From NCBI GenBank assembly GCA_000091205.1, contig AP006485.2: DNA of 64,000 nt. One strand, given 5' to 3'. Positions 19,995 to 31,134 of this stretch are shown one piece after another (position 1 is the stretch's first letter; each line of letters opens with the position of its first letter). The notes under the pieces were generated by a model, which had not been told where the DNA came from, ran no database searches, and saw only the letters and a program-made list of their open reading frames with translations. The stretch comes from Cyanidioschyzon merolae. Lineage: Eukaryota. Made by a program: the position numbers and the translations under genes.

Positions 19995-21878
19995 CTAGAG
20001 CGATGAATGCGGAAGTTTGCCTCCTGCACTACCCTTCAGAGTGCGCGCTGGTTCGCTCACCGCACTAGTTGTCCGCTGCGCGGGCGAGTCGCCTTGGTAC
20101 TGGTTCCTCTCCAGCGACCAGGTATCCAGTTCAAGTGGGTGCTCGTCAGCACCAGGCATGAAAAACTTTTCAACCACGTTATTCGTATACGTATCGTCAT
20201 GAGCAGCGAACCAGGCGTTGAGGGATGGAGCAGAGTGCCATCTCGGGTTCCGATCCTTGTCGACAAGCTGTGCCCGCACGCCTTCCATAAAGTCTGGGTG
20301 ATCCAAGCAGCGAAGTGTTGTTACAAACTCGCGACGAAGGCAGTCTGCAAGTGTCGTAGCTGTTGAGCCGCGCACACCAACCGACTCATAGGCGACCAGC
20401 ATGGAGAGCGGCGAGCAGCGTTCCATGCTCGCGAGGCAATCCTGGGCAAAGGACGCCTTCCGCGGGTCGTTCTTCGCTGCTTGCAGTGCACTCCATAAAT
20501 CTCGCAACTCGCGCTTGCCGTGCTTGGGATCAAAAAGCTCTGTTATGGTAGCAACGCGCTCATGCCCGAAGGCTGTCCAGCTAGTATCAACATCAGGTTG
20601 GAAGCTCTGCAGGGCCGTATCTAGTTCATCTAGAGCGGCAGCGGAGATCGATGCGCCCTCACGGGAATGCATATGGTGTGCCAGTTCAGCGACTCGAGAT
20701 ACCAGTTCGTGGATCCGATGACTTGGGCAGTAATGTGTAGCAATACCCAGGCGGACTGCGTCAATGCCCCGTACACGAGCGCCAGTCACTGCAAGCCAGG
20801 TGCCGACTGCTGCAGATTCAGTGCTTGGTATTCGCTCCATCGATAACCGGGAACCGGGATATCCTTCACGCTTCCAGTCAAGAAGCCGCGGCAAGACCCA
20901 GGAGGCCCCAACGTCCGGATGAAAGCCAATGCCGCATTCGGGCATGGCAAATATGGTATTTTCCGTCGCCACTCGGAAACGTCCGTGAATCGAGAGCCCG
21001 ACGCCCCCTCCCATGACGATACCGTCCAGGAGCGATATCTGCACTAGCGGTTCTTGAGTGATCGCCATATTCTTCTCCTCCCATAGGCCACCCGCGAGCA
21101 GGTAATTTAGGCGATACTCTTCTTGAAAATAGATGCGCTGGATGCGTCTATCGCCATCGGGCAAACCATGCCGATACATTTCCCGAATATCGCCACCAGA
21201 GCAGAAAAAAGGTACTCGGCTAGATGATCGAGGCGATGGCTCTGTGGTCTGTACCAGCCAGCATTTGGCATCTGATGCTGGAACTAGCTGCCAAGACCGC
21301 GGGAAGAGCGACGCGCACGCTACACTTGCTGTAAAGAGGACAGTGCAGGCCGGATGTGGCATTTTTCCGTCAGTTGCCGGCATTGAGCTGCGCTTCGCGA
21401 TTGCATACTGCAGGTATCGACGTCGCAGCGCTTGCACCATGGGCAGGTTCAACGCATTCAGCGCAGCAGGTCGGTTGAGAATCCATAGCGCACAAGAACT
21501 AGAACGCAGGAGTTGGGCCCGGTCTTCCGAAAGCTCTTCAATGCGGCCGGGTTCTTCGGTGTATACCATAGGCTGCGAAGCATGCTCAGGGTCCCGCACG
21601 GCAGCCAAGAGGCGCTCAGCAGCGGCGAATCCAGTCGCCTCTAAAATCTCCGTCCGACACGGCGCCAGCACCTGAAGCGTTTCCGAGCTCTGCCCTCGAA
21701 TTGTTTGCATTTGACACAGAGACCGTGTCGTAGAGATGGCGAGCGCGCTGCGTTTCCTCGGAAAAGGTTCGGGTGCAGCGGCTGGAGTACAGCCGCAGTG
21801 CACACTGCGCTGAGCTCGCAACCTCCACGCGCCCGCTCGTAAAGCCAGATCCCGTCCAGCTGCCAGGGTGAAGAGCAT
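19995..21878 (-). CDS. Enoyl-CoA hydratase/isomerase family, 3-hydroxyisobutyryl-CoA hydrolase (HIBCH)-like, with N- and C-terminal extensions and internal insertions
   Basis: ATG at 21878. Matches include 'CSGGDIREMY', 'LLDGIVMGGGVGLSIHGRFRVATENTIFAMPECGIGFHPDVGASWVLPRL' and 'LNRPAALNALNLPMVQAL'. Confidence 0.8.
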   Translation of the reverse strand: MLFTLAAGRDLALRAGAWRLRAQRSVHCGCTPAAAPEPFPRKRSALAISTTRSLCQMQTIRGQSSETLQVLAPCRTEILEATGFAAAERLLAAVRDPEHASQPMVYTEEPGRIEELSEDRAQLLRSSSCALWILNRPAALNALNLPMVQALRRRYLQYAIAKRSSMPATDGKMPHPACTVLFTASVACASLFPRSWQLVPASDAKCWLVQTTEPSPRSSSRVPFFCSGGDIREMYRHGLPDGDRRIQRIYFQEEYRLNYLLAGGLWEEKNMAITQEPLVQISLLDGIVMGGGVGLSIHGRFRVATENTIFAMPECGIGFHPDVGASWVLPRLLDWKREGYPGSRLSMERIPSTESAAVGTWLAVTGARVRGIDAVRLGIATHYCPSHRIHELVSRVAELAHHMHSREGASISAAALDELDTALQSFQPDVDTSWTAFGHERVATITELFDPKHGKRELRDLWSALQAAKNDPRKASFAQDCLASMERCSPLSMLVAYESVGVRGSTATTLADCLRREFVTTLRCLDHPDFMEGVRAQLVDKDRNPRWHSAPSLNAWFAAHDDTYTNNVVEKFFMPGADEHPLELDTWSLERNQYQGDSPAQRTTSAVSEPARTLKGSAGGKLPHSSL

Positions 21879-22067
21879 AGCTCAACACTGGACCGCTCTC
21901 GTTGCACGACCGGTCCCTGAAACAAGGCGTTCTCTGCCACAAGTTGATAAAAAGCCTTGCCCTAGGCGCCTCAAAAAGCTTTTACGGACCGCAGACTAGG
22001 TAGCGACGCAGCGCCTGTGATCCACAATCGATCGCACTGTTGCGCTTTTCTTTACCGTTAGACAAAT

Positions 22068-22570
22068 CGATTCCATAGACCAGGGATTCCATAGACCAGG
22101 GATTCCATAGACCAGGGATTCCATAGACCAGGGATTCCATAGACCAGGGATTCCATAGACCAGGGATTCCATAGACCAGGGATTCCATAGACCAGGGATT
22201 CCATAGACCAGGGATTCCATAGACCAGGGATTCCATAGACCAGGGATTCCATAGACCAGGGATTCCATAGACCAGGGATTCCATAGACCAGGGATTCCAT
22301 AGACCAGGGATTCCATAGACCAGGGATTCCATAGACCAGGGATTCCATAGACCAGGGATTCCATAGACCAGGGATTCCATAGACCAGGGATTCCATAGAC
22401 CAGGGATTCCATAGACCAGGGATTCCATAGACCAGGGATTCCATAGACCAGGGATTCCATAGACCAGGGATTCCATAGACCAGGGATTCCATAGACCAGG
22501 GATTCCATAGACCAGGGATTCCATAGACCAGGGATTCCATAGACCAGGGATTCCATAGACCAGGGATTCC
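22068..22570. repeat. Perfect 16-bp tandem repeat (ccatagaccagggatt)n, about 31 copies
   Basis: Seen directly. The 16-nt period keeps all three frames open, which explains the overlapping 'GIPGLWNPWSMESLVY' ORFs on the minus strand. Confidence 0.95.
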
Positions 22571-22589
22571 AAATTGCGGGACAGATAGT

Positions 22590-23150
22590 GGCATTCGGGA
22601 TGGCGTTCATCAAGTTGCACTGTACGTCCAAGTTCCATGAACGATACGTCCTCTCGGATGTACTGGTCGTTTCATGTATTCCATCGTCCTCCGAATGCCT
22701 ACCCAGAGCACCCGCCATAGCACCCACACCGCCGGTGCGGATACCGCACAGAGAGAGAACGGCGTTGCCGTACCACCGGGAGCGTCGGCTCGACGCATCA
22801 TTCATTCAACAGGGAATTCGGGACCCTTTATTATTCTGGGAGCTGGCAAACTGTGCAGGACTACCTACTACCGGCTGCAGCGCGAAGCGATGTACTAGGA
22901 GACCACCACGCCCAGAGCGATGCCCAGACGCCGCCCAACCGCTCCTAGCCCCAGAATATACTGTGTTGTGGGCGAGCTTTTCAGGTCTCATGACAGCATC
23001 CGGCACTGCGGAGTCGGACGGAGCACAAAACCGACAGAATCGTCCGGCTCGCGAGACCTCCCGCCTAAAAGGTACACGTTCGATTACGCGGGAACCGTTT
23101 CCACATATCAACGCTTACCTTGCAGAAGAAAAGAAGCGGTTACCTAGGTG
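22590..23150 (+). repeat. Non-coding dispersed repeat, family 3 copy
   Basis: Collinear with 34500-35030 ('cctctcggatgtactggtcgtttc', 'gagcacccgcc', 'acggcgttgccgtaccaccgggagcgtcggctcgacgc', 'ttattctgggagctg', 'cgtccggctcgcgagacctcccgcctaaaaggta'). Confidence 0.65.
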
Positions 23151-25685
23151 CTAGCTTGTACTTCATTTCTTTCCATGTTGCTTCCATGGCGCGCTCGTGT
23201 GCGCCTTTGCGCGTTCATGGGAGGCGCTGATCAGGCTGTGCATTGAACTGGACGCTTCCGCTTTCGGCGGTCGCACTGCTGCCTGATCATGCCGCGTTTA
23301 CACTACGAGGTGTCTGTATTCTCACAAGCAATCGGTGAAATGCAATATGAAGGCTGAATTTTGATGCTAGTGGTAGCGCTCATCGATCACTTTGGAGTGA
23401 GGTGCAGCAACTGCTACAGAATCGATAACAATGTAACGCATCGCAGACCGTCGAGAGCCATCGCACGGACTCGAACATACAGGTCCGGCAAATGCAGTGC
23501 CGGGACGTGTGTCTCAGAGGCGCTTCAGCATCGGCGGAATGCCCATAGAACCGTACTCGAGGTGAAATTACACGCAATTCTGACGCTGTATGCGACGCAC
23601 GCTTCTCTTCGCTATGCTCGAGACACCTGTCCTGCATTGTACGAGTCTAGTCGGGACTAGTTTAAGGACAGATGCCGTTTTCTGCTATACGGGTGTATGC
23701 GGGAGATGCCCGCCCGCAGACAACGCCTGCTATCGCCTGTGTTGTGCTCAGTCTGCTGGGAGAACCACCTGAACAGATTTTGCACAGCAGCAGGTTAAAA
23801 TACCGGTTTCAGGTGTGTTCGCTGGACTTCAGGTACACTTGCGGATCCGAGTTCCACATGCCTGCATTAGAAGCTGGAAAGATGCCGATTATTCCTGATT
23901 TGGGTCGCCCGTGTCTGTGAAGTACTGTTCCCCGCGTTCCGCAGTACCTGCTCTTCCTAGGATTTTGCGATCAGGTGAACAAGCCATGAATGCACTCCTA
24001 GGACGCGGACCCGGTTTTACCGTCAGTGCGTTCAAGTGGACGCATCTCCGCGTGCCAAGTCCGTCTAAAGTCTGAGGCGGTGCGCAAGCAGCAGCATACT
24101 TGCACAGCCGTTTCGGATGCGTGTTTTGGGTGCGAGCGCGGGACGCTCGAACACGCCTTCAGGGTCGAATGACGCCGTCCTGTGGGAGCTCTTCAGTGAT
24201 GCTTTCGGGACCACAAAGCCATGACAGCTTTGAAACCTCGACTAGATCTGGCGGATCCGAAATGCATGGACACCAGTGCACGGGGAACTCTGATTTCTGG
24301 TTCATGCGCCCGAAACGCAACGTCATATTCGTATCACATTGGCGGTGGGCGACCTGCTTTTCCGGAAAGCAGCCTCATTCCTAATTCACCCTTGCTTTGA
24401 GGTATACTTATAAGGGTTGCACGTCGCTCAGCGAAGCGAGGCCGAGTCCGAGTCCGGAAGTCGTCGCTGAGCGCTGATGCACTTCCCTGGTGTATGGAGC
24501 TACCCCCGATGGTGCAGGAACGCTCGATTTGCACATCGACCACAAGCTAACGACATTATTGTACTTTCGGAGCGATTCCAGCTCGCTAAGCTCTATCATA
24601 CGCAAGCAACCTGCAATGGCAGATTGTCTCTTTAGAAACCGGGGTAGCACAACGGTGCTGCGCACGGCGACTTCGATCCAAGAGTGGATGTCGCGCTACG
24701 AATTCCCAACAGTGCTTTCGGGATCACTTTTGAATGGGTGCTGCGCTCACAGCACGCCTGTCCTGTACAGGCACCATATGCAACCTATTCGAGCCGTGTG
24801 AGGCATGCCCTTGGGCGCTACGTATTCCAGCCTCTATACCGCACACACCGGATTCTATAGTCTATCACAAGCGCTGCGCTAGCTGCGTCACTCCAAACGC
24901 TCCTGGAATGACGCTGACATTCCGCGAGGATTCCGTTAGCGCGAAACTGGTCCGACTGGACGCAAATCCGGTTCCATGCTTCACGAGTTCGACGTTCCAT
25001 CGATAGCTCTTTTGTGCCCCGCACAGCCAGCTGTCATGCGGACACACAGTGCGCGGGCATGTGCAGTCACAGGTCTATCAGCAGGTTGGACGCGCTGTGT
25101 TCCCATTTTCCGGACGTGCAGCGACAGCGCTGGCAGCCCAGCAACGCGTAGTAAACGCTCTGCTCTCGCGGAGGCCGCTCTTCGCGGCGAATGCCCGAGA
25201 GCCCCGCTCTGTGCACTAAAATCAAGGAAACGAGAAGCAGTTGCGCACTGTGTGAATCATAAAGTTTAGGTTCCTCTATACATCAAGTGCACATCTCGCG
25301 GAGCCTTCGCGGAGTCAAAAGACATCTTGGGATCTGCTAGAAAATCCCATTGGGGTCCCGGCACCGGCGTATCGCAGATACCATTCGCTTGGCGGGATGA
25401 TGCAGTGCGACCCGGCATGAACGCGGCAATGGCCACCTATCACATATCAACACGCTTGCAACCGTGCCTTCTAGAAGGCTTGGGCCTCGGTGCCTGCAAA
25501 ACAGCCCCAGACCCCGAGACCTGCTCGGAAGCGATTCGAAAGAACTTCCGATCCCGAAACTGCAGCTGCAACATATTTTCTCGCCGTACCTGAGGCCCAG
25601 GCTTGATCCCCGCTTACTTCATCGAAAAGCTGTGCATCCAGTTGGTCCCAGTAAGCGAATCGTCACCCTCAGAAACCAGGTGCCG

Positions 25686-26210
25686 CTACTCAACTCGGTG
25701 CCGCTCGACGACCTCGCGAATCTTCGAATCATCTGCCCAGGTTATCAGGTCCTCCATACTCCGCGTAACCAACAAGTTTGGATCTCGTACCACATGCGGC
25801 CCAATCCGTATGTGGCCCCTCTTGATAAGCGCAACCGCATCCGACAGGCGTTCCACAAAGTGATTGCGAACGAGCACCGAGGGCAACCGCCGCCGACACA
25901 ACGCCGATACCGTCACGTTCGCACACACATCCAACCCAGATTTTACGTTAATCAGCCCGAGATCATATAACTCGTTCAGTAGCTTCTCAGTGCGGTCTAT
26001 TCGAAACGGATTGTTCACCTCAAGCGCCTTCAGCTTCGACACCAGCGCGGTTACCTTTCCCACGAACTGGTTGTAGGTATGGTACACCTCAGGGCTCGGC
26101 AGATAGTAACGACGTACAACCCGATACTCTCGGTGATGATTCTCTCGCTTCCATTCGTAAAGGTTATCCTTCTTCAGAAGCTTGTATTCATGATAGCGCA
26201 GCTTTCGCAT
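25686..26210 (-). CDS. IMP3: U3 snoRNP protein IMP3 (ribosomal S4/S9 N-terminal plus S4 domain)
   Basis: 'MRKLRYHEYKLLKK...RRLPSVLVRNHFVERLSDAVALIKRGHIRIGPHVVRDPNLLVTRSMEDLITWADDSKI' aligns along its full length with eukaryotic IMP3. ATG at 26210. Confidence 0.9.
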   Translation of the reverse strand: MRKLRYHEYKLLKKDNLYEWKRENHHREYRVVRRYYLPSPEVYHTYNQFVGKVTALVSKLKALEVNNPFRIDRTEKLLNELYDLGLINVKSGLDVCANVTVSALCRRRLPSVLVRNHFVERLSDAVALIKRGHIRIGPHVVRDPNLLVTRSMEDLITWADDSKIREVVERHRVE

Positions 26211-26688
26211 CGCGGTACCAGCGACACCAGCTTACGCTCAGAAGTCAGCGCAGCGCAGGCGTGAAGCAATGATGCGCCCATCCGATCCGCATCTGCGTCA
26301 TCGAAATCGACGCCGCTGCTGCCGCTGCCTCGACTTCCAGACGCGGCATCGGCGCTGCAGAGCTGATAACGAGGAGGCTGGGGCGCAGCACCGTGGACAG
26401 CCACAGCGTGCACGAGATTTGCACTGTAGGGCGCCGTGTAGCGTGTGTTCACCGCTCAACTCCTGAGCACTGTCGGGGTTCTTGGAAACCTCCATCCTGT
26501 TCTGAGAACGAAAACCTGCGCTGTGACGGGTGCAGGAGTGACTGAGAAAGCAGCTTCTCGGGAAAGCCGGTGGTGAGCAGGTGCTGAGCGCTAGCCACCG
26601 GGGTTCTACGGCAGCGAAGCTTCCGTAGCCGCGTACCCGTGAGAACTGCTGCTGCTACGCCCTCCATAAACGCAAGCAATAGACCTGT

Positions 26689-29013
26689 ATGGAGTTTGCG
26701 ATCGGGGGTCGGGGTCCCGGCGGCTGGGCTGGCGCTTTTCAGGCGGCCTCGCGAAAGCGACGAGCGGCGCGCGTTGCCGCCGCAGTCGTTGCCGGGGTTG
26801 CTGCAGTCGGTGGCGCCACCTACTACTGGACGCAGCAGACAGAATGTGACGCGGAAAGCTCGACCCAGCTTGAGAGCAGTGTTAATAATGACGTGCAAGC
26901 GCTGATAGAGCGGCAGCGTGAACGAAGCGTTGCCCTCACCGCGGCGTCTCCGGAGCGCTCGCTGCGAGAGCACCGGTCGACGGGGGCAAGTGTCAGAAGC
27001 GGCACGAGCCGCAGCGGTACCAGTCAGTCAGCAGCGATAGCGATTTCTCGTGCCCCGTCGATGGCGGCTCTGAAGTCGATACCCAGCGATGCCGCCAGCG
27101 GCCGCAGCAGCGTGCGGGTGGATCGCAAGTTCTTCAGCCAACTCTGGCGCTTTATCAGAATCATCGTTCCATCGATTCGCAGTCGGGAATTTTGGGTTGT
27201 GCTTGGTATTGGAGTGACGCTGGTAATACGTACTCGTCTGGATATCTGGGTTTCGGACAACGCAGGCGACATTGTGAAAGCGATTGTCGCGCGTGATCGC
27301 GAGGCATTCATGAGAAAATGCGTTCGCGACATCTCGATCATGATGTTTCCCATGTCGTTCGTGAACAATATCCTGAAACTGCAGATTTCGCTGCTTCGCG
27401 TTATGGCGCGGAAACGATTAACCCTCTATTTTCACGAGCTGTACTTGTCCCAGCTGACATTTTACAAAGCCACGAATCTGGATAACCGCATACAGAATAT
27501 CGATCAGCTCGTGACGCAAGATGTGGAAAAGTTCTGCACGACGCTGGTGAACCTCTACTCGAACGTCAGCAAGCCGCTGCTGGATGTGGTTCTTTTTTCG
27601 AGCCGCCTCGCGCGCTCACTGGGTGCAAAGGGACCTGCTGTTATGATCGGCTACTTTATTCTAACGAGCGCAATTCTGCGCAAACTGCAGCCTCCCTTTG
27701 GTCGGCTCACCGCAGATGAGCAGCGTCTCGAGGGAGACTTTAGACTGTGTCACTCGCGCCTCATCATGCACGCTGAGGAGATCGCTTTCTACGGCGGCGG
27801 ACAACGAGAAAAGTTCTTCATTAATGGCACCTTCGAAAAGCTGCTGCAGCATATGCAACGCATCTTCATGGCTCGTTTCCGCATTGGTCTTGTTGATAGT
27901 ATTCTGGTCAAGTATCTGGCGACCATCGTTGGCTACTGTGTGGTCAGCATGCCGATATTCTTTACGTCGGGGTTCGTGCGGACCTTGCTGGCTCCGCTCG
28001 GAGGCCAGAAACTCATTGACCAGAACAAGCAGGCGGATGCGGAGGATGCCGCTCTGGTGGCGGAAATGTACACACGGAACAGCCGTTTACTGATTTCTCT
28101 CTCAGCAGCAATTGGTCGACTCGTACTCTCCGGGAAGGAACTCACTCGTTTGGCGGGGTACACAGCCCGAGTTGGCGAACTTGATTCAGTGCTGGGTGAC
28201 CTGCGACGGTCGCAAGCTGCTGACTCCCATTCATCGCTCGACGCGATCGCCAAACTTGGTCTCGAGGATGTTGAACTTCGCGCTGCAATGGTGCCTGGTC
28301 GCCTCGTAGACAACGTTGACTTTGTTCGCTTTGAACATGTGAATATCGTCTCACCGGATCGGATCCTGCTTGCGAAGGATCTGACGTTTGAGGTACCGCC
28401 GGGCACGAACGTCTTGATCACTGGACCTAATGGATGCGGCAAGTCTTCGCTCTTCAGGGTGCTTTGCGGTCTGTGGCCGCTGTACGGGGGCACGCTGTAT
28501 CGACCTCCCCGATCCCGAATGTTTTACATTCCGCAACGACCCTATCTGGCGATTGGATCCCTCCGGGAGCAAGTCATCTACCCGATGACCACCCTGGAGA
28601 TGCGCAGTCGGAACATTCGCGATGAAGACCTCCAGAAACTGCTCGATGAAGTACATCTCGGAGAGCTCAGCCGACGGCGTAACGGCTGGGATAACGTCTG
28701 TGACTGGTCCGATGTACTCAGCGGGGGCGAGAAGCAGCGATTGGCCATGGCGCGTCTGTTTTTCCACCGACCGCAGTACGCTGTTCTCGATGAATGCACA
28801 TCCGCCGTGAGTCTAGATGTAGAGGGCTATCTCTACACACACGCGCGCGAGCTGGGCATTACGCTGATCACTGTGAGCCATCGGCCGAGTCTGTGGCGGT
28901 TTCACGAGAAGCTCCTGCGTTTCGATGGACACGGTGGATGGACCTTTACAGATATCAAACCAGAGGATATTCCGCAGCTTACTGGGATCAACGGGGAATC
29001 AGTTGCCGCGTAG
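26689..29013 (+). CDS. Peroxisomal-type ABC half-transporter, subfamily D (PMP70/ALDP-like)
   Basis: Has the ABCD TMD-NBD architecture: 'YFHELYLSQLTFYKATNLDNRIQNIDQLVTQDVEKFCTTLVNLYSNVSKPLLDVVLF', Walker A 'ITGPNGCGKSSLFRVLCGLWPLYGG', signature 'LSGGEKQRLAMARLFFHRPQYAVLDECTSAVSLDVEG', and 'ITLITVSHRPSLW'. Confidence 0.9.
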   Translation: MEFAIGGRGPGGWAGAFQAASRKRRAARVAAAVVAGVAAVGGATYYWTQQTECDAESSTQLESSVNNDVQALIERQRERSVALTAASPERSLREHRSTGASVRSGTSRSGTSQSAAIAISRAPSMAALKSIPSDAASGRSSVRVDRKFFSQLWRFIRIIVPSIRSREFWVVLGIGVTLVIRTRLDIWVSDNAGDIVKAIVARDREAFMRKCVRDISIMMFPMSFVNNILKLQISLLRVMARKRLTLYFHELYLSQLTFYKATNLDNRIQNIDQLVTQDVEKFCTTLVNLYSNVSKPLLDVVLFSSRLARSLGAKGPAVMIGYFILTSAILRKLQPPFGRLTADEQRLEGDFRLCHSRLIMHAEEIAFYGGGQREKFFINGTFEKLLQHMQRIFMARFRIGLVDSILVKYLATIVGYCVVSMPIFFTSGFVRTLLAPLGGQKLIDQNKQADAEDAALVAEMYTRNSRLLISLSAAIGRLVLSGKELTRLAGYTARVGELDSVLGDLRRSQAADSHSSLDAIAKLGLEDVELRAAMVPGRLVDNVDFVRFEHVNIVSPDRILLAKDLTFEVPPGTNVLITGPNGCGKSSLFRVLCGLWPLYGGTLYRPPRSRMFYIPQRPYLAIGSLREQVIYPMTTLEMRSRNIRDEDLQKLLDEVHLGELSRRRNGWDNVCDWSDVLSGGEKQRLAMARLFFHRPQYAVLDECTSAVSLDVEGYLYTHARELGITLITVSHRPSLWRFHEKLLRFDGHGGWTFTDIKPEDIPQLTGINGESVAA

Positions 29014-29809
29014 GGCGCCTGTGGCAGTACGCCGCCACCCGGGCCTCGTGAGACCAGTCGACGGATGATGAGGATGGAGCCAGTGCATGAAGCGAAATGC
29101 CGCATGGTTTCTGGTGGTCATGATGATGGACACTTCGCGGTTGGGCACAAGTCATAAACGATTGCCTGAATGGTGCTCTGAGAGAACGAACGTGCATCGG
29201 GGGGCGGGGGTCTCCTGACCGCGCTTCCACTCGCCAGGGAACATTCATATCGAGACGCCGGTGGCGCTGGTGGCCTCATGAGCCGCCTCGAGAGACAGCG
29301 TTCGGCAGGTATGTTACGCGTCTGCGATGCAGCGACATGTACGAGACGCAAGGCGTTGCAGCTGCTGCAGCCTCCATAGTAGACACCCTGTTTGGGCAAC
29401 GACATCGAACTCGAGAGCATCGCGCACAGGTGTTGCATGCAGCCATCTGCTGGACTCGTGTGAGATGGGAATCGGCCAAGGAGGTACTCGTCCCGTTCCT
29501 GAATTTCTAATTTTTCGACGTTTTTCTGAGAGACAGCTTCGGCATTCGAAATGCAGCAGTAGCGCACACGGATTCATTCATCATTCCGGGATTCTAGGTG
29601 GTTTTTCTTTTTCGAAGCGGTACCATCTACTCCATGTCGATGCGAATCGTTACGAAAGAGGAATCAAGATAGTTCGGGTTAGCCTCTAACAAAGCCTCGA
29701 TATATACACTGTATCACTATCCAGTTCATACGTATAATCCTCCGCAATTCACCTTGGCTTGTCTGTTGCATGCCCCTATCACGCATTCTTCAGGTTCTTC
29801 CTCGTACTA

Positions 29810-30750
29810 TTTGAAGGCAAGCCGTGGATGCAGTAATCCGTGCCGCTGAATTAAAGAGGAAAGCAACTCGAGATTGCCGTATGGCAACTTGTTCACAAGC
29901 TTGTGCTAAAAGGTCATTGAGCGTGTCACGTCGAATAATTGATGTCATTCGAAAGAGAAACACTTCTCTCTCTGGTCATCAACGAAGCGGTATTCTACAG
30001 CAGCCGCAGCAGCAGAATACCTGTCCCGGTATGTGATTCCAGAGGGTCTCGTCTCTTCCTTTTGCGTAGTACAGGGTCCTGGACTTGAGTCATCGAAGCG
30101 ATCGCTTCCAGTGAAGCGCGCGTCAGCGATTTGCACGGAGGAAGCGTAGACGGATCCGAATAGTTTGACTTGTTCTCCAGCATGGATATTCCGTCCAGTA
30201 CTTGTTTCATCATGGACACCATCGCTTTCCACCTTTGCTCTTTCTGATGGAACAGCGAGCGTTTACGCGTGCAGCAGTGAGGGTGCTCATTGAGGGAATC
30301 GCCCGGACGGAGCCCGTTATCTTAGGGCACGGAACCGCGCCCGGAAACTTAAGAGGACATCCAGCGAGGCCCTCTCTACGCAACACGGGCTAGTTCAGAG
30401 CCGTGTTGGAAGCGTTCGCGAGCCACAGGGCAGCGTTCGAAGGAGGAGGTGCAGTGGACATATGGGGGCACCTGACCCCAAACATGCCTCACCGCTGCAA
30501 GCGGCGCATCGGGGATGGATGGATGCAAAGCGGATGAAAATGGCAAGCCAAGCGTAGATCGCAACTTCCGTCTATGCATGATTTGCGTCGACTACAGTCA
30601 GATGCAGCGGCATCAGTACTTGAGCGCTACCATGAACATCCTTCGACTACGGACGACGGGGCTGGTGCGGCAGGAGAGACCAGCGTATTTAAAGCCGATA
30701 ACAAGAGCGAGGCAAATGACGTAGTCGCAGGCATCGCCCGCAGGGGCTGT
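29810..30750 (+). mobile_element. TnpB-derived short element, family 2, copy 1
   Basis: About 0.9 kb, collinear with 33195-34090. It ends in a TnpB-like C-terminus 'DRNFRLCMICVDYSQMQRHQYLSATMNILRLRTTGL' (30515-30724). Confidence 0.55.
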
Positions 30751-31134
30751 CGTTCATGACAGCGTTCGGCGACCCCGACTTGGTGTACACAGGCGAGTCG
30801 GAGGACCTGTTGCATTTGATTGTGTCATGAGCGTAGATACGCTTCCGTTCATAAACGCCAACAGCAATCACGGGTTCGGGATCCCTGGGTGGACTCGCAT
30901 GTACCACTCCGCCGAAAACCTTTCATATGTAGGTATCCGAATGTGCCGATCGTTTCCACATGACCTTTTGGAAAACTGTACGGAAAGCGAAAGGAGCCTC
31001 GCGATGTAATCCTCGTGTTCCCCTCGTCCGCTTAGAGGCTCCACTTTTGTGCGTATCAGCAGGCATCGATCACGATGGACGCGTCCAGTACTCACGACTA
31101 CAACGCATGCGCTGGAATCAGAGGGTCTGATTCG

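Noticed and set aside
22068-22570. CRISPR array
   Set aside because: The repeats are contiguous with no spacers, and the genomic context is eukaryotic. The same applies to the 72-bp array at 56848-57275.
21982-22805. Long minus-strand ORFs encoding 'GIPGLWNPWSMESLVY' repeats (218, 269 and 178 aa)
   Set aside because: These are artefacts of the perfect 16-bp tandem repeat. A 16-nt period cycles through all three frames without stops, so they are not protein-coding.
26689-29013. Alternative-start-codon ORF boundaries throughout the track (for example 38577 GTG, 32145 GTG, 42665 GTG, 8188 TTG)
   Set aside because: The ORF caller uses bacterial start rules. For this eukaryotic sequence I moved the starts to the first in-frame ATG where homology allowed.
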